From assembly GCA_951406725.2 (NCBI GenBank), contig OX597815.1, positions 174,654,001-174,718,000 on the forward strand: 64,000 nt of DNA, written 5' to 3'. Shown one piece after another: positions 26,781-40,514 of this stretch. Source of the DNA: Octopus vulgaris. Its lineage: Eukaryota. Positions within the stretch are counted from its first letter, which is position 1, and each line of letters opens with the position of its first letter. Below the pieces are notes generated by a model, which saw only the letters and a list, made by a program, of their open reading frames with translations, was not told the origin of the DNA and did not search any database. A program made the position numbers and the translations under genes.

Positions 26781-29334
26781 CAAGCTTGCTGAACATGGTA
26801 CTATTGGACTAAATTTGGTACTTTTGCAGTAATACTTTTGGTACTATGCTGCAATAATTTGGTACCTTTTTCAAATTTTTTCAAGTTTACAAATGAACAA
26901 TAAATACATTACATTACTATTGGACTAACTATTTTATATAAAAATATATTTTGCAACATTTTATATCAAGGCAGTTTATAGCTAGTTGGTAGCTAATTGG
27001 CGTAGAACATATTCAATATGTGTATCATACACATCATCCAATATCACCAGCTTGCCGCCTCTAATGCCAGTCAGTGGCATGTTTTATACATAAGTGACAG
27101 GTGCTTCTTTACTATCTCATTAAACTTTTATCAATTACCAGTGGTTTTGTAACTCACATGATGAGCAAGAATATGAAAGATAAAATGATGAAATTGACTT
27201 GGGTTTAACTCCTCCAAAGGAAATAAATAAACAATATAATCATAAATTATCAAACAAACTTTTATTGGATTCTCGATTTTCATTATGGTTAGAACCAAGT
27301 AAAACAAATATTGAAAGAGCATACTGTAAATTTTGGCAATGTAACTCATCTGGAGAGGCACAGAAAAACGGATAAAAATATTAAAAATGTTAATTCAGAA
27401 AATAAAAGTGGAAAACTGACCAACATTTTGCAGCCTACAACTTCTGTTCATATTACAAATGTAACAGCTGAGGAGCTTAAGCTTTGTTCTGTCATTGCAG
27501 AACATAAACTTACCTGTGAGATTTATGGATCATTTACCAAAATAGCTAAAGATATTAAATGTACAAGAACCAAAGCTACCCAAAAATATAAATATATTTT
27601 AGGCCCTTATTACTTTGAAAACCTCATTAAACAGTTAAAAGAGTGCAAGCTTTCATTAATTGTTGATGAAACTACTGATGTTAGCACAAAAAAAAACCCA
27701 GCTTGTTCTGTTAGCTAGATTTTATGATTGTAGCACTCAAAAAATTATTGATAGTCATTTAATTCTCTTGGAAGCCAAGGATTGCTCTGCTTATGGAATT
27801 TTTACCTCTATTGAAAGATACTTCATCTTACATGATATTCCTTTTGAAAATTTGATAGGATTTGCCAGTGACAGTGCTAGTGTAATGATGTGACAGAAGG
27901 GAGGTGTGCAGGCACTAATGAAGAACAAAGTTCCCTTGCTCTTCATTCAGAGTTGTGTTTGTCACTCTATGCATATTTGTGCATCAAAGGCATGTTCAGA
28001 ATTACCTTCATAATTAGAAGAACTTGCTAGAAGCATATATTCATTCCTCCCAAATATCCCAAAGAGACTGCAGGTATATGAAGAATTTCAGGCACTTACT
28101 CAAACAAATCCTCATAAATTATTACATGCAAGTTGAACAAGTTGTCAAAAGAATACTAGAACAATGGCCTGCTCTTGTGTTATTCTTTACTACTGCTGTT
28201 ATTGAAAATAACAACAGTGCAGCTTCAAATGCGCTGAACTCATTAACAAATCCAATCACAGAGATGTATTATGCATTTTTAGCATATATTTTGCCAGATA
28301 TTATTAAGTTGAACTTAGATTTCCAATCAGAAAGCTATGGAATGCACAAACTGCACAAATCTGTTACATGTACTGTTAAGGGAATACTTGGCAATTTTGT
28401 TAAAAAAGAAATTGTGAAAAATAAAGAGCTACATGAAATTAACATCAAAGATCCATCAGTGTATCTTCTCATAACTGAAATTTACAGAGGAGCAAAAGTT
28501 GAAGGCATCTACATAAAGAAAGCTTCATCTATTAGTACAACTGAACTGAAAAAATTTCATGTGAAACATCAAATTTTTATGTGCACCTTGGGGAGGAATT
28601 TTTCAGCTCTTCTTTGCACGTGATTTCTTCTGTAATCTGAAACTTCTAGCGCCACTAGACCCAGTTAGTATTTGTGATTGCATTGGTCCAAGTTCAATTG
28701 TTCCTCTGGCACGCAAATTCCCAAACATTGTTCAGGAGAGTCAGATTAAAGCTCTTAATAAAGAATGGAGAGAACTTAAACTTCAAGATAACAATGATAT
28801 AACTGAAGCTACCGAACCAGAAGATTATTGGTATAAAATTTCTAAGGAAAAATGTGGAGATGAAGCTTGTTATCCAGTCCGATCATGCTTTTTGTTTCAG
28901 CTCCTATCATTGCCACATTCTTCAGCTGCAACCAAGAAAATATTTTCAGTCCTAAATAACATTAAAGTCAAGAACAGGTCTAAACGGCATACCCAAACAA
29001 CCAATGCTCTGCTACATTCAAAACGTCTTTTTCATGATGTAAACTGCATGACTTATACACCCAATGCAGAGCTTTGTGCTAAATTAAAAGAAGGACAAGA
29101 GCATTGGTACAAAGAGGAACTTCACCCAGTTGATGATGCAACCTTTAAGTACATTAAATATGTGTAGTCACTTTAAAATAAAGCCCTGTACAGTATAAAT
29201 AATATATATAATACTTTTCAACGGATTTATAGGCTAAATATTACAAATTTTAATTTTGGTATTTTTTGAGCAAAATTTGGTACTTTTATTTTGCTAAATC
29301 TGGTACTTTCATGAAAATACGTTTGGCAAGCCCA
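26781..29334 (+). mobile_element. Full-length decayed hAT DNA transposon
   Basis: Perfect 8-bp TSD TTTGGAAG (26773-26780 and 29335-29342), imperfect TIRs CAAGCTTGCTGAAC / GTTTGGCAAGCCCA, and subterminal TTTGGTAC repeats. Confidence 0.92.
27311..29167 (+). pseudogene. hAT transposase pseudogene (frameshifts and stops)
   Basis: Consecutive ORF pieces carry SLIVDETTDVS, LIGFASDSASVM, CVCHSMH, VKRILEQWPALVLFF and the hATC dimerisation motif LLSLPHSSAATKKIFS. Confidence 0.9.
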
Positions 29335-29342
29335 TTTGGAAG

Positions 29343-29493
29343 CTTTTTATTATTGTTGGCCTTTTTCTTGTTTTTGTAGGAATTTTTCTTTTACATGTCA
29401 TAGGTTTTTGAAGTCAATCTTGGATATTTGCTGTTTAGAAGATATAAACTTGTCCATATGTTTACTTTTTGTTTGTGTCTTTCAATGTTTGTG

Positions 29494-29581
<88 letters not shown>

Positions 29582-30480
29582 CATGTATATGTGTGTGTGT
29601 GTGCTCCTTAAGACTGAATTTAAGCATTAATGTATTAACAAAAGCTGTCTAACTTATGAGATACCTGCTATATTGATTTTGATCAATGTGAATAAGGCAA
29701 AAAAAAATGTAATCAGCACTTTGTGGGACGCCCTCTTGCGGATACTACATGTGAAAACAAGAGTGAAAACAAGAGCAAGTAAATAGTGTAGCCGGCTGTT
29801 AGTGAGTCGCTCGACGATGAGCAGCGCGTATGCCAAGGAGAATTTTGCTGTCGACATAAACTATGATAGTTCATATGACAACAACAAAGCGAGGCGGAAA
29901 CAATCTCTATGGAGGGTAAGTTATATTCACTAAGGAATGGCTATAAATCTTATTATATACTTAAATGTCTACCTGCATCACCCTACGCTTTCTCAAGTTA
30001 CTACATGTATGTGTTATATTTTTTTATGATACCACGTTCTGCGTATATGTTCGAGCTTCTGTGCGCATCACAAGAGCTGCTAATTATGATGGTAAATTTA
30101 CTGTGTATTCCTTAAAAAAGAAAAAAAAAACGTATCCTTGAAATAGCCTCAAAAGTCATTTTCCTCATTTTGTATTACGAAGTTTTGTTATTCGTTACAC
30201 ATCCCCCTTTCGGGAAGATAGTAGTATCCCGCCACTGTCGTAATCACTGCTGACGAATTCCGAAGTCTTTTTTATAAACAATTTAGCAATAGGAATGACA
30301 CAACTTGACTCACAACCCCTTTATATAGTTAATTTATTCCAATTATTATTTCCCGATCAGAATGTATTATCGCTTTTTTCCATTATGAGTAATCCTTTCG
30401 ATATTTTGGATAGATTTCATAGAAAGGTGTGAAAGAATCTCATCGCAAAATTCGACGGATTCATTAACGTGAGGATTTGT
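29343..30480. promoter_or_regulatory. Putative MAN1B1 promoter, 5' UTR and first-exon region
   Basis: Locally CpG-richer unique sequence around exon 1 in an otherwise CpG-poor window. TSS not determinable from sequence. Confidence 0.45.
29817..29915 (+). CDS. MAN1B1: ER alpha-1,2-mannosidase I exon 1 (cytoplasmic tail)
   Basis: ATG at 29817; 99 nt encode MSSAYAKENFAVDINYDSSYDNNKARRKQSLWR, then a strong donor AGG|GTAAGT. Resembles the vertebrate MAN1B1 N-terminus (SYDNSKSWRRRSCWR) and joins phase 0 to the next exon. Absent from the ORF track because it is under 60 aa. Confidence 0.88.
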
Positions 30481-30491
30481 CTAGTATGTGC

Positions 30492-30541
<50 letters not shown>

Positions 30542-33500
30542 AACGTTAAACAATTTTTCAGAACTGTCATTAATTTTGTAAAATTCGCTTTTAATGTGAA
30601 AACCACGCTCACTCTACTGAACATGTATTTTTGACATTTACAGAATTTAAACTATAGCTGATGATTTTGTATATATAATTCTTGATCTGTTGATATTTCG
30701 GTCTGAAACCTATTCTATTGTTTGTTTGTTTTTATCCTATCTATTGTAGTGTAAAGTAAATACGTTGTTGATAAAAGCTAGTCAAGTTGCCTCTTTTCTA
30801 ACCCTGCCTCTTCAATCGTCATAATATAATAAATTCGCCAGTTTTTTCATTCAATTTTCGACGTTGTTCATTAACTTATTTTAATTGTTTGTTTGTTTTT
30901 TCTAAGAGCATTTTTTTTAAGTAGACAAACGCGTGAGAAAGTTGCTTTTTATCATCATACCATATAAACAATAATATTGAAGTTGAGATGGAAACAGATT
31001 CTTTTCCCTGTATGCTGCTAACTTCATTGACCCTCAATCTCCTCATCGGAACGATCACGACTGCTACAATTGTTTGTTTTCTCTTAAAACTATTATTATG
31101 CTAGTTGTACATTGCTGTTCATGTTTTATATATATACAAATTTATATATATATACAAATTTTATATATATATAACACATTAAACAATTTTTCAGAAGTAC
31201 CATTAATTTTGTAAAATTCACTTTTGAAGTGAAAATCATACTAACTTTACTGATTGTCATGTTTATTTTGCCTTTCTCTTCATGCCTTTTCTGTTTATCT
31301 TTATATCTCTAGAGATAGATTTTAGTCTGGTTCAATTATGCATATCTCATTTTACAAGTCTCCCATACACACACGCATTAATTTGTAATTACAAAGATTG
31401 TTGAAAATCGAAAGTGAGGAAACGAAAAAATATCCCTGACATCACGTTAGATGTTGATCTTGTTGCCTTTTTTCTCCGTGTGTATGTGAGTAGGATCTGT
31501 GACCTATGAAAAATCATTTTAAACAAGATATATCCTATTTTCCTGCCTTCAAAACGTTTCATGTCAGGTCAAAGTTGAATATAGTTTAATGAAAATAAAG
31601 AAGACGCTTTTTTCTTTTAAACTACACATTAACGTGTAAACGGAAAGGAGGGGCTTAGAGATGTTTTGAAAATTGTTCGTAGGATTTAAGGGTTCTGTAC
31701 ATGTAGGAAATTGGAATTATTCTAGTCTTGTTATAAAAACCAGGTATGTCATATATGTTAATTTTAAACACACACACACATATATAGCTGTATTATATAT
31801 ATATAATACAGCTATAAACAGGTTGGACAAAAAGAGAAATAAGAATTGATCCAGTAAAACTTGAATTATGGGCTAATAGAATTATATAGAATTTATTTCA
31901 TTGATGTTATAAGTTACTACAATTTCACACGTGATGTCACGCTTGGAAACATTAGCAGATGATTGCTGATATAATAGCTGGGGGTCTGATTGTAGTTAAG
32001 AAGCAAAAATTTGGTTGTAGAAATGTTAAATGAATTAAACATTGACAGCAAGATGCTAATATTCATCCCAGTCACCTCTAGACTTGAGAACAAACTTCCA
32101 TATTAACAGCATCTTTATTTCAATGCTGAACATGATATTTCAAAGAAAGACTTAAATTTATTGTCCTATTACATACAACTATTAAGTAGTTGAAGATAAC
32201 ACCTTTCTGTAAGAGTCATGTGGCTATAAGTTAAAAACAGAGTATATTTTTTGTTCAAATATACATTCATTAACTGTCTGAAGCGATCAGCTGATTATAT
32301 CCATGTAACTAGTGTTCAAAAGAGTCTGTAATTGGGTACGTACACGTTTTCCCAATGATAATACATAATGACATCTCATGAAATTGCCTTAAAATAAACC
32401 AAGATTTGCAAAGAGCTCAAAAAACGAAAAATAGAATTAGCTGGGTTTGTTGGAAATGTAGTATAAGTGATTGTAAAAAAGACTAACTTTTAGCATTAAT
32501 GATGAGACAAGGGGATTTTAGCTATGCTTACATGTAGTGCAAGCTGATACAGGTATAAGAAATATAAGCTTTATGAACGAAATTGCTTGAAAACAGGTGA
32601 CAGTTTGCAACAGGAAGGGCATTAGCCAAAAAACTCTACCTCAATGATTTCCGTTTGACTTACACATATATAGGAAAGGGAACTTCAGAAATTATAGATG
32701 ATGATTATGTGACTTTTTGAGACTTTATTCAATATTATAATAAGTTCAATATTATCATTCATAGTAATAATAATAAAATGTGTTAAATTGGTTAGAATAG
32801 TCTTACTAGTAACAGCTCTAGTTTCTTCAGCATGCAGGAGAACTGCTTTCATAAAGTCTTAGATAATTTGTATACCTACTTCTAACTCAGTGGACCATTT
32901 TTTTTGTCCAATAGACCTCTTTGATTCCTATTTTACTCTATTAGATCTTCATAGCCATTCAATGTAAATAACAAAAAATCCTACTGTATTTTTATAATTA
33001 ATAGGAATTGTATTAAAAAAAATTTTAATATTTTGTGTATTGTAGAAGTTTAAGCAATTTATTTCACATACATTTTAACAAAATTTTATATGAACCACTG
33101 TTCTAACTTGTCTCCTCTCTTCTACATTCTTATAGCACATTCTCACTTATTACACATCACCAATATTAACATATTTAACATGTCATTGAAAGTAATTGCC
33201 AAACAAACAAAGTCCTTAATCTGGTTCAAATGACAACTGCTTCACGTAGACACAAGTTTTAAAAATATAAATCATGTTATAAATATTAGAAGCACTGTTT
33301 CATTGACAAGTATCTTGTTAGTTTGCAATAGTGAATATAAACCTTCCTATTTATGTCACTTGGATCAAAATTAGCTCTACTAAATTAACTTGCTCCATAC
33401 ACATTTAAGAAGTTTACAGATCATGTCCATACTCTCTACTGAGTTATAAGACTTCTATAATAAGCATGTGGTTTCATTGTTCAGCAAATATTCAATTGCA

Positions 33501-35961
33501 ACCTTAACATAAATTGATTAACTAATTCTACATATATTTTGACCTTGCTACTTCAACGGAGAAGTATTTTATATTCAAATTACTGTTTGTTTTTAATCAT
33601 GGTTTTCTTGAAACAGTGCAGTTTTATTTGTTATTGTTAAAACTTTTAGAGTAGCAAAATTTTTAAAGGTTATTGTTGATAGATTTATGAATCTCTCTCT
33701 TGGAAATAATATTGAAAATACTTTACATTTTACTAACTTACTAACCTTTGAGGTAACAAAGCACTTTCAGCTTAAAAGACAGGCTGTAAGGCATACATAA
33801 GCACTGTAATGCCAAATAACAGTGAAATGGGGGAGTGAATATAGAGAATTTGTAGTGATTAGAAAAATTCAGTTTAATATTAGATATCAGATGTGGCACA
33901 TAAAAGCACCCACTACACTCTCGGAGTGGTTGGCGTTAGGAAGGGCATCCAGCTGTAGAAACTCTGCCACATCAAGATTGAAGCCTGGTTCGCCAGCCCT
34001 CAGTCAAAATTGTCCAACCCATGCTAGCATGGAAAGCGGACGTTAAACGATGATGATGATGAACATTATCTTATAAAAATGGTTCAGTGCAAGTGAGTTG
34101 AGAAAGTAACTGATTTTGAAAAGCATCAACTGATATGTGAAGGAGAAATGACTGTACTTGTATAGGTATAATGAAATTGGATGATGCATTCTGAGCAAAA
34201 AATATCATGAGTTAGTCATAGAAGATATTTGCAAGAGGAATCTTACAAAGGAAGACATGAAGTCATATCTGAAAGCATTAAGCCTCAGTGACAATGATTC
34301 AAGATCGAGTCACTTGAAAGACTCTACAATGTATAATGCAGATATTTCAGAATGAAAGCCATATTAATGATGATGAGAAGGAATGGAGGATCAAGTCAGT
34401 AAAGCTATTTATAAACTAGCTGTAAGTTATTAGGTAAATTTATTTCATCTGATAGATTCCAAAAGTTTTTAAATACGACATAAAAGGCACCTGTGGTGGC
34501 GACACGTGTAAGACACCCAGTATGCTCTGTGGAGTGGTTGGTGTTAGGAAGGGCATCTAGCCATTGGAACCAAGCCAAAACACACTGGAGCCTGGTGCAG
34601 CTCTCCGGCTTATTATCTCCAGTCAAATTGTCTGACACATGCCAGCATGGAAAACATGTTAAATGATGATTATTATTATTATTATTAAAGCCATCAATCT
34701 TGCAAGATATTTCTGTATTTCAGTTAATTATGGCAAGTACAGTAGATAAGAAGTTCTTTGCAAACCAAGTTTCCCCACTCAGCTTTGTTTTTAACTGTAA
34801 ATATCTCATCTCACTGATTATTGATGCTCTTAAAAATGCTAGATTATTTCTCTTCCTCTAAAATTTTCTTTGATTCATGTAAGAAATCCATATTTCTACG
34901 ATAATGAACACCTGGTCACTGTTATATGTCAGCAAGCATTGAGTACCTACCCTCTTTGTTCTGATGTCATTGTTGGCATTCAAAGTGAGAAAAAATATTT
35001 CAACTTTTCATAATAGAAGTTTCCCAGGAGATACATAAATGTTTATAATTGTTTATAATGGGAAAATTAGAAAGAATAGAATTAAATTCTTCAGTATGTT
35101 TGCCTTTTTTTTTTTTTTTAAGACAGTAATATGATAATTTTTCAGACAGTGACAAAATAATTTTTCAGACATTAACTCTTTTGATACAACCTGCCCAAGA
35201 CTGCCCCTATTTCTGAAACAAACTTTCTATATAAAGTGATCTAAATTAAAATTCCTTGTTAGTTTATGTTCCAATGACTAGCTTAGTAACGGCCGAGATG
35301 TTTTACCAAATTCTTCGTTATTTTCAAAATTAATTGAAACAAATGCTGTGTAGTTCATCAGAAATCTGTTTAAGAAAAAAGGGTTGAGCCTTATTTTCAG
35401 AGAGGAAACAGTGTTCAATATTTGAATAAGTATCTTCAAATGCTGGAAGATTTTTTTCATCTAAAAAAAATGGGGTTAATAGTCCTAAATTTATTTACAA
35501 TTCATCTCAAACATTCAGGCATCAAACAGTAGAAAGTAGTTTAAAGAAAATTAGGCTGCTATTTCTAGCAGTTGAAGTAACTACATAGAACTGCCTCTAG
35601 TTCATTGTTAAGCAAGTTGCAACCCACAGTCCCTGGCACTACATCACTAAATACCCTGATACATCTATGACACCCCACTCTGCTTGTACACTTCCATGCT
35701 AAGAATACTATCCACTCCATTTAATTCAGGTCTACATGCAATAGCATGCACATACCTATTACTACTCAGGCCACCACCAAAATTTACATGCATAGAAGAA
35801 CAAACTGGACAAGCTGTGTGGTTAAAAAGCTCACTTTGCAACCACATGGTTTCAGGTTCAGTCCTACCATGCAACACTTTGGACAAATATCTCGAATGTA
35901 GCTTTGGACCAACCAATGCCTTGTGAGTGAACTTGGTAAATAGAAACTGTGTAGAAGCCTG

Positions 35962-36017
<56 letters not shown>

Positions 36018-37581
36018 TTAAATGTCCTTTTTTCCATGCTGGCATGGATTGGCTGGTTTAAGAACAAACAAGCTAGAGGGCTCCACCAGGTTCTATGTCT
36101 ATTTTGGCATGGTTTCTACAGCTGGATGCCCTTCCTTATGTCAACCATTTAACAGAGCGTACTGGGCACTTTTCATGTAGCATCAGCTCAGGGAAAGTCA
36201 CCAAATACCCACAAGATAAGACCCCTTGACTGAGCAGGGTATAGATGGGAGGAATAAGAAACTGATAGGAGAGGAGCAGGTGTCTTGCTGAAGAGGTGAG
36301 TACATATATGTGTGTGTGTGTCTCTTTGTGTTTGATCCCCCACCACCTCTGCTTGACAACCAGTGTTGATTTGTTTACATCCCCATAACTTGGTGGTTCT
36401 ACAAAAGAGACTGATAGAACAAATATCAAACTTTATAAATAAGTACTGGGTCACTTTGTTTGACTAAACCTTTTAAGGCAGTACCCCAGACTGAAACAAG
36501 TAAAAGATACCCAAACTGCCAAACTAAGCTCAGGCAGGTATAACTGGAGCAGTGGATCTGTGGTTCACATTTAGTATTTGCCTAACTGTATTACATGCAT
36601 TAAGTTTTCTCAGTCAGAAATACTTGGGATTGTCCTACAATACCTTTTACTTTGAAAAAGGTCCAAATCATACCTAGCATCATGCTAGGTACCTGAGTCT
36701 TACACTAGTGGAAAGTGCATATATGTTTCATAGTGTCAGCTACCTTTTAAGATTGAATTTCTGTCTTTGAGAAGATACAATCATTGCAATGGAGTCTGTG
36801 TGGTTGTTATGAAGATCATAAGAGATTGTGAATCTAATATTTATATAGATCACAATGGTTTTCACTGTTTTGTCAATATCTTTGGATTTTACTATCTCTT
36901 AATTAGTCATGGTTACTTCTAATTTCATGATGCTTCTGCTGTTTTAAAAATAGTTGTTTACTACCATATTAAACTAAAGCTTCCAGTAAAATATAGTCAC
37001 ATTCAAAATCTGCAGTAGCTAACAGATATGAATAGTAATTCGAATAGAAGTACACTGAGGAAAACTAGAAAAACTTAAAATAGTCACAATTAATCAAAGT
37101 AAGCTGGGTCTGATAGAGAAAACGCTAAATTACCGTATGTGAAAGAAGCCATAAAAATATTGATAATGGATGTAACTTCCCCAAACCTTAAACTGGCGAG
37201 TTTCCCATAGGATTTGACTATTTCTATTTAAACTTTCCTTTCCTTAATTTATTTTAAATCATATTTCTTAAGCTTACTCATTTCCATTATGTTTATAAAT
37301 CAATCTAGGACAGTTGCTATTGAAAAAGAAAATAATTTTGTATTTTATTTCAGCCTCCTAATAGCCTCAGCTAAAATATTTTGATACAACCGTCAAAGAA
37401 CAGCTGTTTAAAATAGTTTTGACTGTTGGTGTTTGATTTCATTGGATTAATTAAAAAGTAAAAATATTCTTCATTCGTAGTGGTTCTCCACAATGATACA
37501 TATAAGATTTTATTGTTAAAATGTATGTGCATTAAGTTGGTTATACTTCTGCAATGTACAAAATATTTTAACAATTTTTAC

Positions 37582-37972
37582 TGTGTGGTAAGTAGCTTGC
37601 TTACGAACCATATGGTTCCGGGCTCAGTCCCACTGTGTAGCACGTTGGGCAAGTGTCTTCTATTATAGCCTCAGGCCGACCAAAGCCTTGTGAGTGGATT
37701 TGGTTGACGGAAACTGAAAGAAGCCCATCGTATGTATGTATATAATATATGTATGTGTATGTATATGTTTGTGTGTCTGTGTTTGTTCCTGCCAACATCG
37801 CTTGACAACTGATGCTGGTGTGTTTACGTCCCCGTAACTTAGCGGTTCGGCAAAAAGAGACCAATAGACTAAGTACTAGGCTTACAAAGAATAAGTCCTG
37901 GGGTCGATTTGCTTGACTAAAGGCGGTGTTCCAGCATGGCCACAGTCAAATGACTGAAACAAGTAAAAGAGT
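37582..37972 (+). mobile_element. SINE family A nested within a hAT-like MITE (about 37290-38125)
   Basis: High similarity to 62231-62630. The flanking sequence ends ATGGTTGAGAAACACTG and matches 32888-33100. Confidence 0.8.
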
Positions 37973-38202
37973 AATACAATTTCTAATAATATTTAATTTA
38001 AAATATGTAATAGGAGCTTTAAGTATCAAATGGCTATGGGGGAGGTTCTAGTAGAGTGAAATTAGGAATCAAAGGGGTCCATAGATACCCCCCCCCCAAA
38101 AAAAAAATGGTTGAGAAACACTGTTCTAGATACTCTGTACCATTAATTTTCTTTGAACTACTTGTCAAATTAAATAACTTCCTTCTTAGCTACAACTGTA
38201 TA

Positions 38203-40514
38203 CAATAGAACCTTGCAGTACAAGTGTACTATTGTACGAGTAATTTGCTGTATGAGCCAAGGCTCATGCATATTTTTGTCTTGAAGTACGACTGGAAATC
38301 CACAGTACAAGCAAGTTTCATACAAGTGACCACTAGTCAGCGCTGAGCTTGCACACAATCTCCCAATCGTTCAGTTCACATGTTTATCTTGTGGTAGCAT
38401 CCCTGTTGTGTTTTGCCCAGAGTTTTTTTTAGTTTTGTGCATTTTTTGCTATTATTTTATAATAGCTAATGTGTTAGCCATGGGTCATAAGACGATTAGT
38501 GCAAAGGACAGTGCTGAGAAGAAGTAAAAGCTGATTATGATAGAATTAAAGAAGGAAATCATTGATAAACATGAGAGAGGAGTGTGTGTAGTGGACAAAG
38601 CATGTCGATGATCTGCACCATCGTGAAGAAAAAGGACAAGATCAAGGCTGTCACAATGCACATCTATCCATGAAGAGATGGAAAACTTGCTTCCCCTATG
38701 AATCAATGAGGAGCAACTCCCTGGGGATTCGATTGTGGAGACTATCATCTGCAAGGAAGCACAAGAGCTGTATGGGGATCTCCTGAAGCAGAACCCTGGA
38801 TCATCAACCGAGAAAACATCAGCAGACACATTTAAGGCCAGTCGCGGCTGGTTTGCTAATTTCAAGAAGAGGACCAGTGTTCATAGCGTGGTCAGGTATG
38901 GAGAAGCAGCGAGTTCTGACATGAAGGCAGCTGAGGATTTCTTACTTGAATTCCGTCAGCTCATCACAGCTGAGGGGTACATAGCATAATAAGTATTCAA
39001 CTGACAAAACTGGCCTTTTTGGAAATAAATGCCCTGAAGAACCTGCATGACTGCCAATGAGAAGAAAATGCCAGGCCACAAGCCTATCAAAATCAAGCTC
39101 ACCCTTTGTATCAATACAAATGGAGACTTGAAGATTAAACCGTTCCTTGTCTGTCATTCCAAAAACCAAGAGTGTTCAAGTTGCTCAAAATCTGGAAGGA
39201 GAAGCTGCTGGTCATGTGGAGGGCAAACATTAAAGTCTGGGTCACCAGGCAATTCTTCACTGAGTGGATCAAACTTATCTTCAGACCAGCAGTGGAGAAG
39301 GATTTTCCTCTCAAGGCCCTCCTCATCCTCGGCAATGTTCCTACTTACCCTTCTAACTATGAAGATGATATCCTGGACAAATTGTATTTCATAAAAGTTC
39401 TGTACCTTTCACACAACACCACTCCTATCTTGCAGCACATGGACCAACAGGTGATTTCTAATTTTAAGAAATTGTACACCAAACACCTGTTTCATCGGTG
39501 CTTTGAAGTCAATGAAAATACAAATCTAATCCTTCGTTAGTTTTGGAAGGAGCACTATAATGTTGTTAACTGTTTGAAAACCATCAATATGGCCTAGCAG
39601 GGTGTAACAAGGAGACCGCTGAATTCCACAAGGAGGACCTGTGGTCTGATTGCATATCCAAAAGAGACTTCGAGGGGTTTGAGTATCAGATACTTGTAGT
39701 CAAGGAGATAGTGTCTCTTGGCAAGTCCATTGACCTCAAGGTTAACGATGGTAACATTAATGATCTCATCAAGGAACACTCAGAAGAGCTTACAACATGA
39801 ACTCCTGCAGCTTCAGGTGCAGCAGCATTCGGATGCAGTGGATAAAATTGGTTCTCCAGAGGAGGACAGTGTAGCAGAGAAGGCTATCTCTACGAGTGAC
39901 ATAAAGACAGTGTTGACAAAGTGGCAGTATGTTTCTGAATTTGTAAAAAAATATCCAGAAAACATATTTACAAGTTGTGCTGCTGCTTTATTTAACGACA
40001 CTGCTCTGGAACATTCTCGTAACATTTTGAAAGGCAGGAAAAAGCAGACTTCTCTTGATGTTTTTAATGAAACAACCTGCAAGTGTGAAAAGTGAAGAAA
40101 GTGTGTCCAAAATGCCTAACTTAAGCAAAGTGTGAGAGAAAATGTCAGAAATTGTTCTTCCTGAAGTCATAATGGAAAGAGATTCTCCTTCCAAACAATA
40201 ACCCCCCTCCTCCCTGCCCCATCGTCTTCCTCGCACACAAATCATCCCCTCTTTGAGGTAATTAAATTTATAAAACCACTTTACATATTTCTTTTGCATT
40301 CTCTTTTATTTTGATTTTACAGTTGTCATTTTCTTAGAAACTGCACCATTTCTGTGTTAAAGCCTATGAAAAATGATTTTTGGGTGGTTTTGTTGGGCTG
40401 GAACGGATTAGTTATATTTTAATTTCAATGGGGAAAATTGATTTGTAAAACAAATAAATCGTAAAACAAGCTCGGTCATGGAATGAATTAAATTCGTATT
40501 GCAAGGTATCACTG
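38203..40514 (+). mobile_element. Tigger/pogo DNA transposon, full length, transposase pseudogenised (MAN1B1 intron 1)
   Basis: TA TSDs and TIRs CAATAGAACCTTGCAGTAC / GTATTGCAAGGTATCACTG. TIGD1-like motifs FKASRGWFANFKKR, GEAASSD, PGHKP and LQHMDQQVISNFKKLY are broken by stops and frameshifts. Confidence 0.92.
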
